Program-made: the position numbers and the translations under genes
Notes under the pieces: model-generated
What the model was told of the DNA's origin: nothing
The model's database searches: none
Seen by the model: the letters and a program-made list of their open reading frames with translations, nothing else
NCBI GenBank assembly: GCA_003427395.1
Contig: BFEA01000019.1
Coordinates: forward strand, 4,898,671 to 4,962,670
Length of the DNA stretch: 64,000 nt
DNA from: Chara braunii
Lineage: Eukaryota; Plantae; Charophyceae
Direction: 5' to 3'
Shown here: piece after piece, positions 38,280-50,548 of the stretch
How the letters are laid out: each line of letters opens with the position of its first letter
How positions within the stretch are numbered: the first letter of the stretch is position 1

Positions 38280-38700
38280 GAGCTTATGACTCCGTACCAG
38301 GGGTCATGCCAGCAGAGGGTTCATTGATGACAACCGGTCGATATCTTCTTTCCTGTATATTGAGTCGCAAGAATCTTCCGGGCATGAACCTCTGCTGGGT
38401 TTGGCGCTGCCGTTTTGCTGTTGGTAGCAACTCACCCCCTACTCGTGTTGTTATGGGTTTGAGACAAGGTTGTTCAATAAATGATGGAATAGACACGTTG
38501 TGCAGGGCGCAGCTGTACCTTTTACACATTCCTATGCCGACTGTCCTCACAGCGGAGGAAATTCCCCGGCAATGACACCAGCTGTCAAGCGCATCAGCTC
38601 CTTCCTCAGAGAGAGCCCTGCTGGTAGCGTCATACAGGAGGATGAGTATGTGAAGGACACCCACACAGGTCACAGTTCGGACTGGGTGCACCAGCTTACA
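38280..38700 (+). pseudogene. Highly decayed non-LTR reverse transcriptase fragment
   Basis: The motifs AYDSVP, VVMGLRQGCS and FTHSYAD occur in RT order across frameshifts. Confidence 0.5.
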
Positions 38701-38854
38701 CCCTGTCAGCCCTATCTTGTCGGACGGTCGCGCAGAATGTGAGCTGGCACACCCGGCCTGAGTGGCGAGCAGTGTAGGCGCACTCCGCATACTCGTCCCC
38801 CTGAGTGGCAGGGGTTTCAGTGGTGGGAACATGGAAGAGAATGAAGTAGTCTAG

Positions 38855-39570
38855 CCCTTAGGGGGTGGGGACAGGCGACATCGGTCTCAGGTTGGTCTGA
38901 GAGAAAGGGGATTGATGGGTGGGTAGGCCTCGTGAGGTGGTTGATCCTGTAAGTTGGATGGATAGGGCCTCGCTTGGGGGGGCCAGGGGCGCAGGTGGGA
39001 TGGTTGAAGGGGGGGGGCCTGTAGTGGACTGATGACTAGACTGGAGCAACAATGGGTGATGACATAAAACAACAAGGCCTGGAAAGGTCTAGTTGATGAC
39101 CCGAGGTATGGGGATGGATGGCGGCTCCTTTGGAGCTAGGGCGCTGGAAGGGGGCGTTCCAATGTTCAATTCCCTATGTGGCACATGACATTTTACAAGA
39201 TCACATAGTAGCGATATATCTGGGGTGCAGGCAGGGATCGGCCTCGGGTCTCAGCGGTGGGGACTGGTTGCAGAGCTCGAAGCATTCTGACCCTTAGGGG
39301 GTGGGTCAGGCGACGATGGGGTCAGGCGACGATGGTCTCAGGTTGAACTGAGAGAAAGGGGATTGATGGGTGGGTAGGCCAGTGGAGTGGATGACCACCT
39401 AGTTGGTTTAGGGCCTCGCTTGGGGGGGGCAGGGGCCGCAGGTGGGATGGTGGAAGGGGGGCACTAGTGGACTGATGGCCGATACTGGAGCAACAATGGG
39501 TGATGACATAAAACACCGAGGACCGGAGAGGTCTAGTTGACGACCAAGGTATGGGGATGGACGGTGGCTG
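38855..39570. repeat. Direct duplication of a ~280-bp G-rich unit (38855-39130, 39290-39570)
   Basis: cccttagggggtggg...tctcaggttg...gagagaaaggggattgatgggtgggtaggcc...ggtatggggatgga occurs twice. Confidence 0.9.
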
Positions 39571-39823
39571 TGTTCCTGCTGATGACAGAGACTAGACTAC
39601 CTCAAGATGATATATAACCAACGATGACCGGAACAACAGCAGTAGAACACGTGAGGAGGACAAAAAGGTGGCAGGTGAGGACAGGGAGGAGAAGGACGAC
39701 ATGAAGGAGCAGGAGAGTGGAGGAGAAGGAGGTCATGGTTCACACGAGGGTGGTGGAAGCTCGCACCAGGGGGGAGAGGAGGATGTGAGAGGGGGAGGAG
39801 GTGGTGCATGGGAGCTAAGGATG

Positions 39824-39863
39824 TTGCAGTATGAAGTTATCGGTTCAAGTCCGTTCGTCTCCA
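39824..39863 (+). pseudogene. trnA: Mitochondrial-type tRNA 3' fragment, probably trnA(UGC) (NUMT)
   Basis: ttgca...atcggttcaagtccgttcgtctcca gives a T-arm and acceptor 3' strand directly upstream of trnT, the trnA-trnT order known from streptophyte mtDNA. Confidence 0.55.
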
Positions 39864-39881
39864 ATTTCAATTTCCCCGTGA

Positions 39882-39938
39882 GCCCACATAGCTCAGGTGG
39901 TAGAGCATTCCCTTGGTAAGGGAAAGGCCTCCGGTTCA
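39882..39938 (+). pseudogene. trnT: trnT(GGU) 5' three-quarters (NUMT)
   Basis: gcccacatagctcaggtggtagagca ttccc ttGGTaa gggaa aggcctccggttca, truncated in the T-loop. Confidence 0.85.
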
Positions 39939-39939
39939 T

Positions 39940-39991
39940 GTTGTATGTTGATTTAGCAAACCAATGCCGTCAGCCACTCAGCCATACCTCC
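39940..39991 (-). pseudogene. trnS: Mitochondrial trnS(GCU) 5' part (NUMT)
   Basis: The reverse complement ggaggtatggctgagtggctgacggcattggtttGCTaaatcaacatacaa closely matches plant mitochondrial trnS-GCU as I recall it. Confidence 0.85.
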
Positions 39992-40029
39992 CGGGAAAAA
40001 CGGGATTTGAACCCGCGACTTCTGGCGTG
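39992..40029 (-). pseudogene. trnD: Mitochondrial trnD(GUC) 3' half (NUMT)
   Basis: The reverse complement cacgccagaagtcgcgggttcaaatcccgtttttcccg abuts trnS. The anticodon itself is cut off. Confidence 0.7.
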
Positions 40030-40235
40030 CGAAGTACCGTCAAAAGTTGTTTGATCGGGGCCTGGAGTCACCTTTTGTGATAATTTATATGCGATTATCC
40101 AGATTCCGATGTTTCGCAGAAAACCTCCAAGATGATAGTAAACCCGAACGGTTTTTTTGTAACTGTGAATCCAAAGGCCTAGTAAAGAGTCAACTCCATA
40201 CCTTACATTTTCATTTTTGGTCACATCCACATCCA
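40030..40235 (-). pseudogene. Group II intron RT/maturase N-terminal fragment (organellar origin)
   Basis: LGGFLRNIGIWIIAYKLSQKVTPGPDQTTFDGTS resembles the RT-0 motif AY..L...TPG.D..T.DG. It is AT-rich and adjacent to the mitochondrial tRNA pieces. Confidence 0.7.
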
Positions 40236-40739
40236 CTCCGGGATCCAAGGGAGTTGTCTTGCAAGCCTGAGAAGGTGGTCGCATGAGCACCAGGAGGACG
40301 TCGCGTATGGCGGAGGAGAAGGGGGAGGAGGACGTCGTGCAAGGGTAAGGGTTCTGCGGAGGAGGTCATGCAAGGGGGAGGAGGTTGCATGAAGGGGAGG
40401 AAGGGAGGGAGGATACCGTGCAAGGGTGCGAAGGAGGTCGTGGGAGTGGGAGGGGGACAAGATGGCAAAGGGGGCAGGAGGAGGAGGTGCGAGGGGGAAG
40501 AGTAGATCCTGCAAGTGAGAGTGGGAGTACAAAAAGGTGGCAGAAGAGCACAGGGGAGGATGGAGGAGAAGGCGGTTGAGTGAGGGTGCGGAGCTCTGCC
40601 ACTTTGTTGTGATTGGTGTCCATAACTGTCCCCGTACATCCACGGGAACTTGATATATAAGACTTTGAATTTTCAAACAATTTCCAAGGTGGGCTCGTNN
40701 NNNNNNNNNNNNNNNNNNNNNNNNNNNNNNNNNNNNNNC

Positions 40740-40829
<90 letters not shown>

Positions 40830-42101
40830 GTGTGTGTGTGTGCACAGAAATGCACGCATGCACACAGGCAGGGTTACATGCTAATTTAAACACGCATAAG
40901 GGCATGCCTGTACGCACTTCCACCCATACACAGAGAGCCATATTGATCTATAACGTTTATTTTTTCTTCTATTTAAACTATTTTACTATTTTGAATTTTC
41001 TCTCCCGTGTACACATTGTGCGGTCTATGGTCTTTTCCTGTCCTTCTCCTGTGTCTAAGTCAGTTGGTTCGGGGGCCATCGTGTTCGGGATGCCTGTGTG
41101 TGTGTTTCTTCCCTGGGTGATGATTGACATTCCTCAAAGTGACTCATTGCCGCCAGGGTGTGAGCCAACAGTTTGTAGAGTTCTACGTGTGGTGAGAGTA
41201 AGTGATGATCTGGTTTGGTCTGTGCTGAACGAGTAGACGACCTTCTCCATGCACCGCCTTGCTGCCTAGCTGCCCTTCTATTTGCCTCGCGTTGTTGCCC
41301 TGACTGCCCTGTTTCTTGCCTTGTGTGCTGCCTCACTGTGTGTCTGACCATCGGCTTTGCTCCTCCCTCCGCCTCACTGCCTCGCTGCATTGCTTCTTAC
41401 CATACTGCCCTGCTGCTTGCCTTCGTTCGGGGGCCCACCCACTCCCGATGTGTTTTGCTGTTGGTTCATGTTTCAGTGACCTGTTGCGTTACCCTTGCCT
41501 TGCTGCTTGTGAAGGGTTTTTTTTTTTTTTTAAACACACACCCTCTGCAATGCTAGTGGTGCTGGTGAGAGCAGACACCACTAACACCCGGGGAGAGGCT
41601 CCATCTATTGGTGGGGAGCATCACCTGCTGGAAAGCGGGCCCAGCATCCCATTACAGGATGGAACACAAAATGAAAACAGGCTAAAGCAAATGGACCCTG
41701 CCAGCATTGATTACTCTGGCGTCCAGAGGATTGACTGTGCAGGTTACTAGGGGAGGGGAGAAAACCTCTTCGCTCCAGTACTGGGCCCCAGATCTCTAAT
41801 GCTACAGAACTAGTTCCTCCCTCCCTCTTTGAAAAAGCTGAGTAGAACTGAGAAAAGGAAATCTTCACCCTTTTTTGCTGCTTGTGAAGTTGTAATATCA
41901 ACTGACCCCATCCTTGAAGAAAGATTTCGTCGCCACCGACTTCAGATTTTGTGGCCTGGCGGGGAGAGGGACCATAGATACAAACAGTTGATGGCCTCCG
42001 AAGTTGAACCGGTGTGTCAGCCGTACGACAGCAGACGATGTACGGTGTACCGGTGGTTTACAGGAGATCAGGACCTTAACATCATCACGGGCATTCTTCG
42101 C

Positions 42102-42153
42102 ATTGTCGAGGGTTCCACATTCTGATGAGTCAGTGCGAGTCCAACGAAACAGT
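42102..42153 (+). ncRNA. Hammerhead ribozyme, type III topology, decayed
   Basis: attGTC-gagggttccacatt-CTGATGA-gtcag tgcgagt ccaac-GAAA-cagt. The core boxes are intact, stem III is ATTGT/ACAGT and stem II is hit by CpG decay. Confidence 0.65.
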
Positions 42154-43689
42154 CTGTCCATATCCTTGCTCAATTTTTTATTTTTTTTTATTCCTTGCTC
42201 AATTTTATTCCTTACCTACTTCTCATATAGTTTCTTCATGATGATGTTTTGGGCCTTTTGCTTCGATGCACCAAATGTGGATACGTATACCACACTTATG
42301 TAACCCTGCTCAGCAGGGTGCAGCGTGCTGCACCATACGCCGATGTGCACACACACTTGCATACACACCCCCACACCAACACGGACTTGCTCATCAAACT
42401 CCTAAATTGTGCAGTGGGTTTTGTAAGATGCTCCCCACTGGGCCCAGGGTATCCCAGCGGTGTCCCCGCCCTTGCATTTTCCTTGTATTCGTTTCGGACA
42501 TGCCCCCTTTTTCCCACGTCTTCAATGTCAGCGACTTGAACCCCACTCGTGTCGCCCGATTGCGCTCCCCTTTTTTTCCCTTTTTCGCTGGGTCGTTCAC
42601 GCTTAGTTCTCCGAGCGCCGTGTTTCATTTGTCGAGTCCTTTTCTGGCACTTCTTTTGAATCTGACGCGTGCGCCCCATGAGGCCAAATCCGGAATCCTC
42701 AAGTACATGGCACGCGGTTTAGGGCATGTTCACACTGGCAGTTTTTCTTCCCTTTCGTGGACGGAATCGTGGTCAGATACACGAAGTACACGGCAGGCGG
42801 TTCAGGGCATACCCACACTACGAGTTCTCTTTTCCTCGACAGAATCGTGGTCAGCCTACATGTCAGGCCGCTGACAGCATTTTTCGTTTTTAAGATGAAA
42901 TCGTCGTCAGATACACCATGTACATTACAGGCCTCAGAGCAGTCTTCTTAGGGCATACACACACTAGGACTTTTTTAGTTTTGCTTGGACGCAATTGTGG
43001 TTAGAATCCGTTAGATACATTTAGGCAAGGGATCAGCTATCTCTGAGATGGTGATACCACTGCGCAACGGGGCCAGGTGGAAGTCAGAGGTCGATTACTG
43101 AATGTTCAAATGTAAGTACATGGCAGGCTGTGAGTGCCCGTTCTCCTCGGCCCTTCTATCAAGAGTTGATGTTTCTTCTTTTTTGTGTTTGTTTAACCCA
43201 GTGAGTGTCTCTTCTTTTTTGTGTTTGTTTAACGCAGCGAGTGTCGCTTCTGTTCATGGAGAGCTTACTCTATTGCCTTTTCAATTTCAAGTGTGTTTTC
43301 ACAGCATCGTGGAGAGCTTTTAACCGCAAGCGCTCGCCTCGGCCATGGGCCGCAGCGAGCCGAATAACTTGTTTTTGAAAAATTTGTACAACTTTTCATC
43401 TTCTCAGTCTTTCAGTGCTCCCCTTCTTTTTCGTGTCTAAGCGAGCAGATCTAAGACATGCCAAACAGTCGGTACTTGTTTGTTTAAGTGCCTGCAACAA
43501 TACTAGGGGAGCTGCTCTGTCTGAGATGACTGTGGGTGCATGTTCCTTAGATGACGGCAGAAGTTCGTCGGAGTGGCTTCCTGACTCCGAGGGTGGTGAG
43601 AACCGACAGTCTGCGCTGTTCTCCTTGTGGTGTGAGTAGCGTGTTGGTTGTGTGGGCTGCCTTGTCTGCATTGTCTCCCCACCTTGCTG

Positions 43690-44260
43690 TCCATCCACTT
43701 GCATAGTCTTTCTGCGCTGTTTGCCTTGTCATTTGGCTGCCTATTGCTTTGCTGCCTTTTTGCCTCCTTACCTTTTGCCTTGCTGCCTTTTGATTTGCCT
43801 GCCTTTTTGCCTCGCTACCTTTTGCATTGGTTCCTTTTGCGTTGCTGCCCTCTTCCTCACTGCCTTGTCTTTCTGTATTGCTTACCTGGTGATTTTTTTT
43901 TGCCGCCTTTTTCTTTGCTGCCCTGTGCCTTGCTGCCTTTTCCTCGCTGCCTTTCCCCATTTGCCCCTCACTGCCTTTCCCCATTTGCCCCTCACTGCCT
44001 TGCGCCTTTGCCCCTCACTGCCTTGCATCCCTTTGCCTTGCTGCCTCTTGCCTCACTCGCCCTTGCCTCACTGCCCTTGGCCTCTCTCTGCCTTTTGCCT
44101 CACTCGTTTGGCTCTCTTTTCCCTCCCCGCCTTTCGCCTTGCTGCCTCGTGCTGCCTGTCTGCCCACCTGCCTCCCCCACGCCCTACAGCCTATCTGGCT
44201 TGCTGCTGCTTGTTGCCCAACACCTTGCCGTCTCGTCCTTGCCTTGCTGCTTGTGCTGCT
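43690..44260. repeat. Low-complexity (ttgcc/ctgcc)-rich tract
   Basis: Dense gcctt/tgcc reiteration including a duplicated ctgcctttccccatttgcccctca. Confidence 0.85.
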
Positions 44261-44325
44261 GTTTATCGCCTTACAAGAGGGTTAACGAGTGACATGTCTC
44301 AAAGCATCAATATCGGGTCTCACAC

Positions 44326-44377
44326 ATTCTCAAGGGTTCGGCATCTTGACGAGTTGGTGCACGTCTGACGAAACAGT
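44326..44377 (+). ncRNA. Second hammerhead ribozyme copy, decayed
   Basis: attCTC-aagggttcggcatc-TTGACGA-gttgg tgcacgt ctgac-GAAA-cagt. It aligns gap-free with 42102-42153. Confidence 0.55.
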
Positions 44378-44727
44378 CCGTTCGTAAACTTGTGTTTGTC
44401 TTCTTTCTGTCTTTTTGGGTGTATTACGTTGAGGATCTGACGGTATGGTCCATTGTCTTTCACCGTGCAGAGGTAAACTCCTCCCCCCCCCCCCTTCCTC
44501 TCCCCCCCCTCTCTCTCTGTGCGTATTTGACACGGGTGTGAGTGTGAGCATGGGTGGGTTGTGTGTGGTGTGTGGGAGAGTGTTGGCCATAGCCACTGCT
44601 GCTACTCAANGAGGGTCGGGGAAAGTAGATGGGAGGCGCAGCTACTGGCAAAATGCTTGGTCTCCGTTCGTAAACTTGTGTTTGTCTTCTTTCTGTCCTT
44701 TTGGGGGTATTACGTTGAGGATTGTCC

Positions 44728-44765
44728 CTGTCTCTTATACACATCTAGATGTGTATAAGAGACAG
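44728..44765. other. Nextera mate-pair junction adapter (assembly artefact)
   Basis: Exact CTGTCTCTTATACACATCT+AGATGTGTATAAGAGACAG. Confidence 0.99.
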
Positions 44766-46400
44766 GGCCTATGGCTGACATGGGTGTGAGTGTGAGCATG
44801 GGTGGGTTGTGTGTGGTGTGTGGGAGAGTGTTGGCCATAGCCACTGCTGCTACTCAACGAGGGTCGGGGAAAGTAGATGGGAGGCGCAGCTACTGGCAAA
44901 ATGCTCGGTCTCTGTGTTAGCCAACCCCCCACTGGCGCCCCCACCCTACTCCCTGACCACCGCCGAATAGGGTGGGGGGCAACATGCATCCAATTAACTG
45001 TGAGAGGTAGCTATGCTTGCAGGGTCCCTTGTATACGCTTAGGAGTAGCGGTAGGTAGATGATGAAAAGTGAAATTGAGAGAAGAACCATAGCTTAGTTT
45101 TATATATATATATAGAAAACAAGGATTGTCACCCAGATGCATATTCTCCTCCTGAGGTGTTCTGATCGTATGATGCATTGTCTTTCACCATGCNNNNNNN
45201 NNNNNNNNNNNNNNNNNNNNNNNNNNNNNNNNNNNNNNNNNNNNNNNNNNNNNNNNNNNNNNNNNNNNNNNNNNNNNNNNNNNNNNNNNNNNNNNNNNNN
45301 NNNNNNNNNNNNNNNNNNNNNNNNNNNNNNNNNNNNNNNNNNNNNNNNNNNNNNNNNNNNNNNNNNNNNNNNNNNNNNNNNNNNNNNNNNNNNNNNNNNN
45401 NNNNNNNNNNNNNNNNNNNNNNNNNNNNNNNNNNNNNNNNNNNNNNNNNNNNNNNNNNNNNNNNNNNNTCAACCTCGCGGTTGGCCTCACGCTACTAACT
45501 CAAACTACTTGCTTCCACACACATCATCACACAGAATAACAACAAAAAAAACACAAAGGGAGACAGACTAGCACAAATTCATCTGTGTCAGGGCTCTGTG
45601 ATTGTTGAGACAGCCTTTCCTCCCTATTCTCTGCTCTGGCCATATTCATACTCCACTGTGACTGTAGACCAGCCAGGGGGAGAGGGAGGGCCAGACGGCT
45701 CTCCGTCTTCTGTCACCTTCCTAACTGTTTTGTGTTTTCCTCGTTTGCTTTTTGGGGCGGGCAGAAGGCGACGAACTGCAACAGTCCTCATGAACAAAAG
45801 AATGACATCGCACTCCATATATACTTCTATTCCTCTGCTCACTAGTCGATGAGACCACGGGCCTCGCTGCACTACTTCCAAATGTGCAAAATGACAATGA
45901 ATCTTCCGCTAGAACATGGAAAGATGCACTGCCATATTTTTTGTCTTTTGCGCATGTGGAGAGTAGTGCACCGAGGGCCCACCCCATATCTTCCAATTCC
46001 CTGTGATTGTCATGCCAGCTCTAGTACACATTTCCTCCACGTTTTAATTAGTCATCAGAAGAGGATGCACGCCTGCGGCACAGTGCCACTCCTCATCCTG
46101 CTCCCCATTCCTCCACCACCTCTCTCCCTCCTCCTCCTCCTCCCATTCGCACCATATCACCCTCCTACCCCCTTCTTCCTCTGCCATCTGATTTCCGGCT
46201 CCTCCTCCTCCCATTCGCACCATGTCATCCTCCTACCCCCCTCCTCCTCTGCCATCTGATTTCAGGCCATAGACACGCACCCAAAAAAAAAAGCACACTG
46301 AGCTCAGATCCTGGGAAGAAATGGCACGGATTCAGCAGCTCGGCAGAGGTAAAAACTAAGACCAAGGGCCTCGCTTCACTACTCACTAAATGTGCAAAAT

Positions 46401-47391
46401 TGCAATCAGACTCAACTCTGGAATTGCTCACAACATGCACACTTGAGAACCGATGGCAAAACTTAACTCTTTCAACTCAAAAACAACAACGAACTCGTCT
46501 TAAACTCAATCTGAACAACTGCACAACTTGCGGCTATGGCCGCCGAACACTGTCTCTACCACCAGCCTCACTCTCTCCCTCACTGTCTCATGCGTGCACG
46601 TACGAGGACCACCCTGAATGTCCCCACTCAACACACTCTGAACACTTGTCTTCACCAACAGCTGGGCGGCTACGGCCGCCGTCGTCTTCCTCCTGCTAGC
46701 TATGGCCGCCGACGTCTACCCCACTGGCCAGCTATGGCCGCTGTCTTCTTCACTGCCCACTTCGTCTCCAGGCACCTGCAGACCTCCATGCACAAGACAC
46801 CAAGGCAGCTCTTCCGCATGGCTCACAGGCGAATGAATGAATGGCTGGACGCTGCCTGTTTATTTATACTTCTTCGGAGGTACCCGGACCCTGCCTCCAG
46901 ACCTGTGGGCCTGGGTCAAAACGTGTGGCCCAGGGAAGCTTCCAGACGTTTGGCCTTCTGGGCCAAAACGAGTGGAACTCTCTGCGTGCTCCAGAACCTT
47001 CCCCGCATGCAGCCCTTACCCAGGTACATACTGGCTGGACCACCCTACAGAACCCTTCCGACTTCTAGAACCTACAGACTCTACAGACTTTCGACAGACT
47101 CAGTAGAGACTTCTAGAACAGACTCTCTAGGCCTAATGGTAAACGACCTAGCTGCTAATCTACAGACCTAGGGATCAAGTCCTACTAGCCAAACTACAGA
47201 CTAACCTAAGCCGCAGGACAGGTTTGGGGATCGAATCCTACTCAGGTCACGGGGTCTATGTACAGGTACAGGGTAGGTCTAGGGATCGAATCTCACTCAG
47301 CACACAGGATCGATGTACAGGGTTAGGGCACAGGTCTAGGGATCGAATCTCTGTGACTGCAGTACCAGGTCAACTGGGTGAAACCGTTTCA
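46401..47391. mobile_element. Solo LTR (991 bp) with 5-bp TSD AAAAT
   Basis: TG...CA ends with AAAAT on both sides. It splits an inverted-repeat unit whose intact paralogue (45859-45980) reads tgtgcAAAATga. Confidence 0.8.
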
Positions 47392-47518
47392 AAAATGAGA
47401 ACGAATCTTCCGCTAGAACATGGGAACATACACTGCCACATTTTTTGTATTTTGTGCATGTAGTTAGTAGTGGAGCGAGGCCCTAAACACCGCTTCGCCT
47501 CGCTCCACTACTCACTAC

Positions 47519-48569
47519 TGCAAGGAATATGAGCGAGAGCGATATACAAAAAACCAAGTTGGAAAATCACACAGAAGTCCAGATAGTCATGTACCAAGCA
47601 GAGAGCTCCAATGCACCAAGATGCCATCCAAATAAGAGCAATACAATGAACTCGTGAGCCAATGTCCCAGCCCTCAGGCCACACCAACGCAGTATTCAAT
47701 GTCTCTCCTCTCTGTCTGGCGCCCAGCGCCCAACCTACCCTACTTGTCCTACCTAGCCTACCTACGTTCACGCAACAGGCTCACTTCGACTTTGAAGACC
47801 ATTGTACATGTCATCAACATCAATGCCGACCTCTCCACATACACAAGGTGTGTACTCACGTCTCCCTCATCATCCCCTGTCCACCCACTCTCTGCGCCTC
47901 CTTCCGAAGACCCCCTGTCGCCCTTCACCTGCCTCACAGCCAGCAGCTGTGCAACGCAGACACTTGCACGCGAGCACAGCAGTGTGTCCACATTGCCTGC
48001 ATAGGCTAGAATGCCTCCCCCTGGCTGGCTGGCTGGCATTCTATATGGAAGTGGCAGCCGCAGCTGGACTCCCTGGGCCTGACCGCGGAAGTGTCCAGTA
48101 GCCTCTGGTCGGGCCCCAGTGTCTGCGCCCAGGCCCATGTCCGCAGTTGAGGGCCTGGGCCCTTTACAGTTGGGCACACCCAGGATTTTTCAGACTTCGA
48201 CTGTTTGCTGCATTTGCACTGGCCCCCGGGGCAGGTACAACGACAATGCTGCTTTCTTGTAGGCCCGTGGCCACTTCGTGATGTATCGGCCTCACAATGT
48301 GTGTGCCCAGGAGACAACCACCCAAGCCCTGGGCTCAACTGCCTGGCGCAGTTGCTACTTCTGGAAAAGCCCAGGATAAGGCTCAGGTCGTACTTCAACC
48401 AACCGTCGTGCAGCAACTGTCTGAGAACCGTATTGGAAAATGCTGAGATAAGGGCCCCTCGGGAATATTCAGGCCCGCCTTCACTTAGGCCGGCCACGAG
48501 GCTGGCTGGGGGCCACATTCCAGAACATATGCACGTTGCCTAGGCCCCCCTGAGGACACAGTCCTCACA
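47519..48569 (-). repeat. 3' LTR of element 3
   Basis: Termini tgcaagga...tcctcaca are both derivable from TGCGAGGA. The PPT aagggggatggaa is adjacent at 48570-48582. Confidence 0.7.
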
Positions 48570-48599
48570 TTCCATCCCCCTTAGCTTTGAAAGTCCGCT

Positions 48600-50455
48600 G
48601 AGATGCTTGTATGCAGGCACCTAGTCTGCTACAATCTGACGTGTTGTCTCAATTACTTCCTCTCTGGTGAACCATCGGTCTTCTTTTGGATCCGTATGAT
48701 GCTTGAATCTGACCCTGTATTCCCTCTTGGGTTTCGGCGGTCTTCCTCTGCCGACAGGCTTAGGAACAGGCATGTCTCTGTGTTCCAAAATGTTGTCGAC
48801 GTCCACGTGGCCATCCATGGTTGGGGGCAGCATAGATCTCCTTCATGGGAACTGACCTGTGTCTCATTGAAAGGTGCAAGCTTTCAGGCATGGAAGGGTA
48901 AGTGCGGAGGTGACCAGGGATTTGGATCATATACGAGGGACCATCCTCTTCACTACCCACAATATCCAGGACTTCCCAAGGACCAAAGTATTGAGGCATT
49001 AGTTTCCTAGAGATGCCGAATTCTTGCCCTAACTCACTAGACTTAACCCAGACACGTTCCCCTACCTGAAATGTGGACTGTCGGTGATGTTTGTTCTCAG
49101 AAATTCAGAAGCAATCATTGCTTCTTGAGGTTTCTTGATGTGTTCGACAACTTGCTGTAGCAACTTTTCATACTGGACACCAAACTTGATGGTTCCAGGA
49201 GTCGGAGCAGGTCGGTTTTCAGGAAGGCAAAAGTCTAGAGCAGATCTAGGCTTCCATCCCAGACGCAGCTGATTCAGACTGACAGCAATGGTGTTGTGCA
49301 CAACATTGTTGTACAGGCTGGCGATGAGAGGTAACTTCTCATCCCAGTCATCTTGGCTGGGCTTTATGTAATGGCTCAACAGAGAGGTAACTTCTCATCC
49401 CAGTCATCTTGGCTGGGCTTTATGTAATGCCTCAGCAGATGCTGCACCACTCGGTTCATCTGTTTAGCTTGCCCATTGGCTTCGGGATGATTCCCACAAG
49501 TCGTCTGGAGTTGGCCGCTCATCTGTTCTGCAGTCTTCTTCCACATTTCACTTGTGAAACGGACATCTCTGTCACTAACGATAGTCTTCGTCAGTCCAAA
49601 GTCACGCACCCAGTTATCCATGAATAACTTGATGACGTGCTCAGTCCTTGCGGTCTCCGGCATGGCGATCAGTCTAGCGTACTTAGCAAACCTATCAACT
49701 ATGACGAAGATATGCCTCTTGCCACCCTTGCTGGTCATGAGGGTATCCATGAAATCCATGGAAAAACTTTGTCCCGGACCAGCAGGAATGGGTAGAGGCT
49801 TGAGTAACCAGGAATGGGTAGAGGCTTGGGTAACCCAAATGGAGCTCGAGTCTGTGGCTTGTCCCACTGGCAGACTTGACAAGTCTGGTCGCACTGTTTG
49901 GCTTCGTCTAGCGTACCAGGACAACAAAATCGTTGTACCAGATTTGCACTAGTCTTCTTATAGCCAAAATGAACCATTGCATCATGACACTCTCCTAAAA
50001 ACAAACTACGCAAAATCTCACTAGCTAGGACTACTAATCTCTTAAACCCTGCCTTCTCAAGGAAGAGTAACCCATCCACCATTCACAAACTCATCAGATG
50101 TGGCCTTGTCTTGGGCCTCAAGTTTGCGTATGATGTCCATCATGACAGGGTCTTCCTTGTAGGCTTCCACCATCGATCGAGTTACATCATTAGATAAGCC
50201 AAACTCAGTTATTAGCGCACCCAGGTAGTCTGCCCTACGTGACAGCGCATCAGCAACCTTGTTGTATTCTCCCTTCACGTAGTCTAGCTTGAAGTCATAC
50301 TGATCTATGACCTCAATCCAGCGTTTTGAGTGCATCAGAGAGAACAGGTTGTCTTGATCCACTTGAGTGTCTGATGGTCAGTTCTCAAATAGAAGAACCT
50401 TCCCAATAGTCTCCAGGGTACAAGTGCCTTGTAGAGGGTGTAGAGTTCCCTCGTC
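48600..50455 (-). pseudogene. pol: Gypsy chromovirus pol remnant (RNaseH-integrase-chromodomain), element 3
   Basis: YNKVADALSRR, ECHD..HFGYKKT...CQVCQ, SMDFMD/IVDRFAKY/HPEANGQA, YFGPWEV and a chromodomain at 48621-48815. Confidence 0.92.
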
Positions 50456-50548
50456 AACCGACGTCTGTGATTTCTACTGAAGGATAAAAATAGATCGCCC
50501 CTCACAAGGCCTGCCAGGGCTAAGTGGTACAGGTTAAAGTTCCGTTAA

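Noticed and set aside
39824-40029. Functional tRNA gene cluster
   Set aside because: All four tRNAs are truncated and joined in mixed orientation, so I treat it as a NUMT.
43547-44368. Long overlapping Cys/Leu/Pro- or Lys/Ala-rich ORFs
   Set aside because: They are by-products of a low-complexity tract that is open in several frames.
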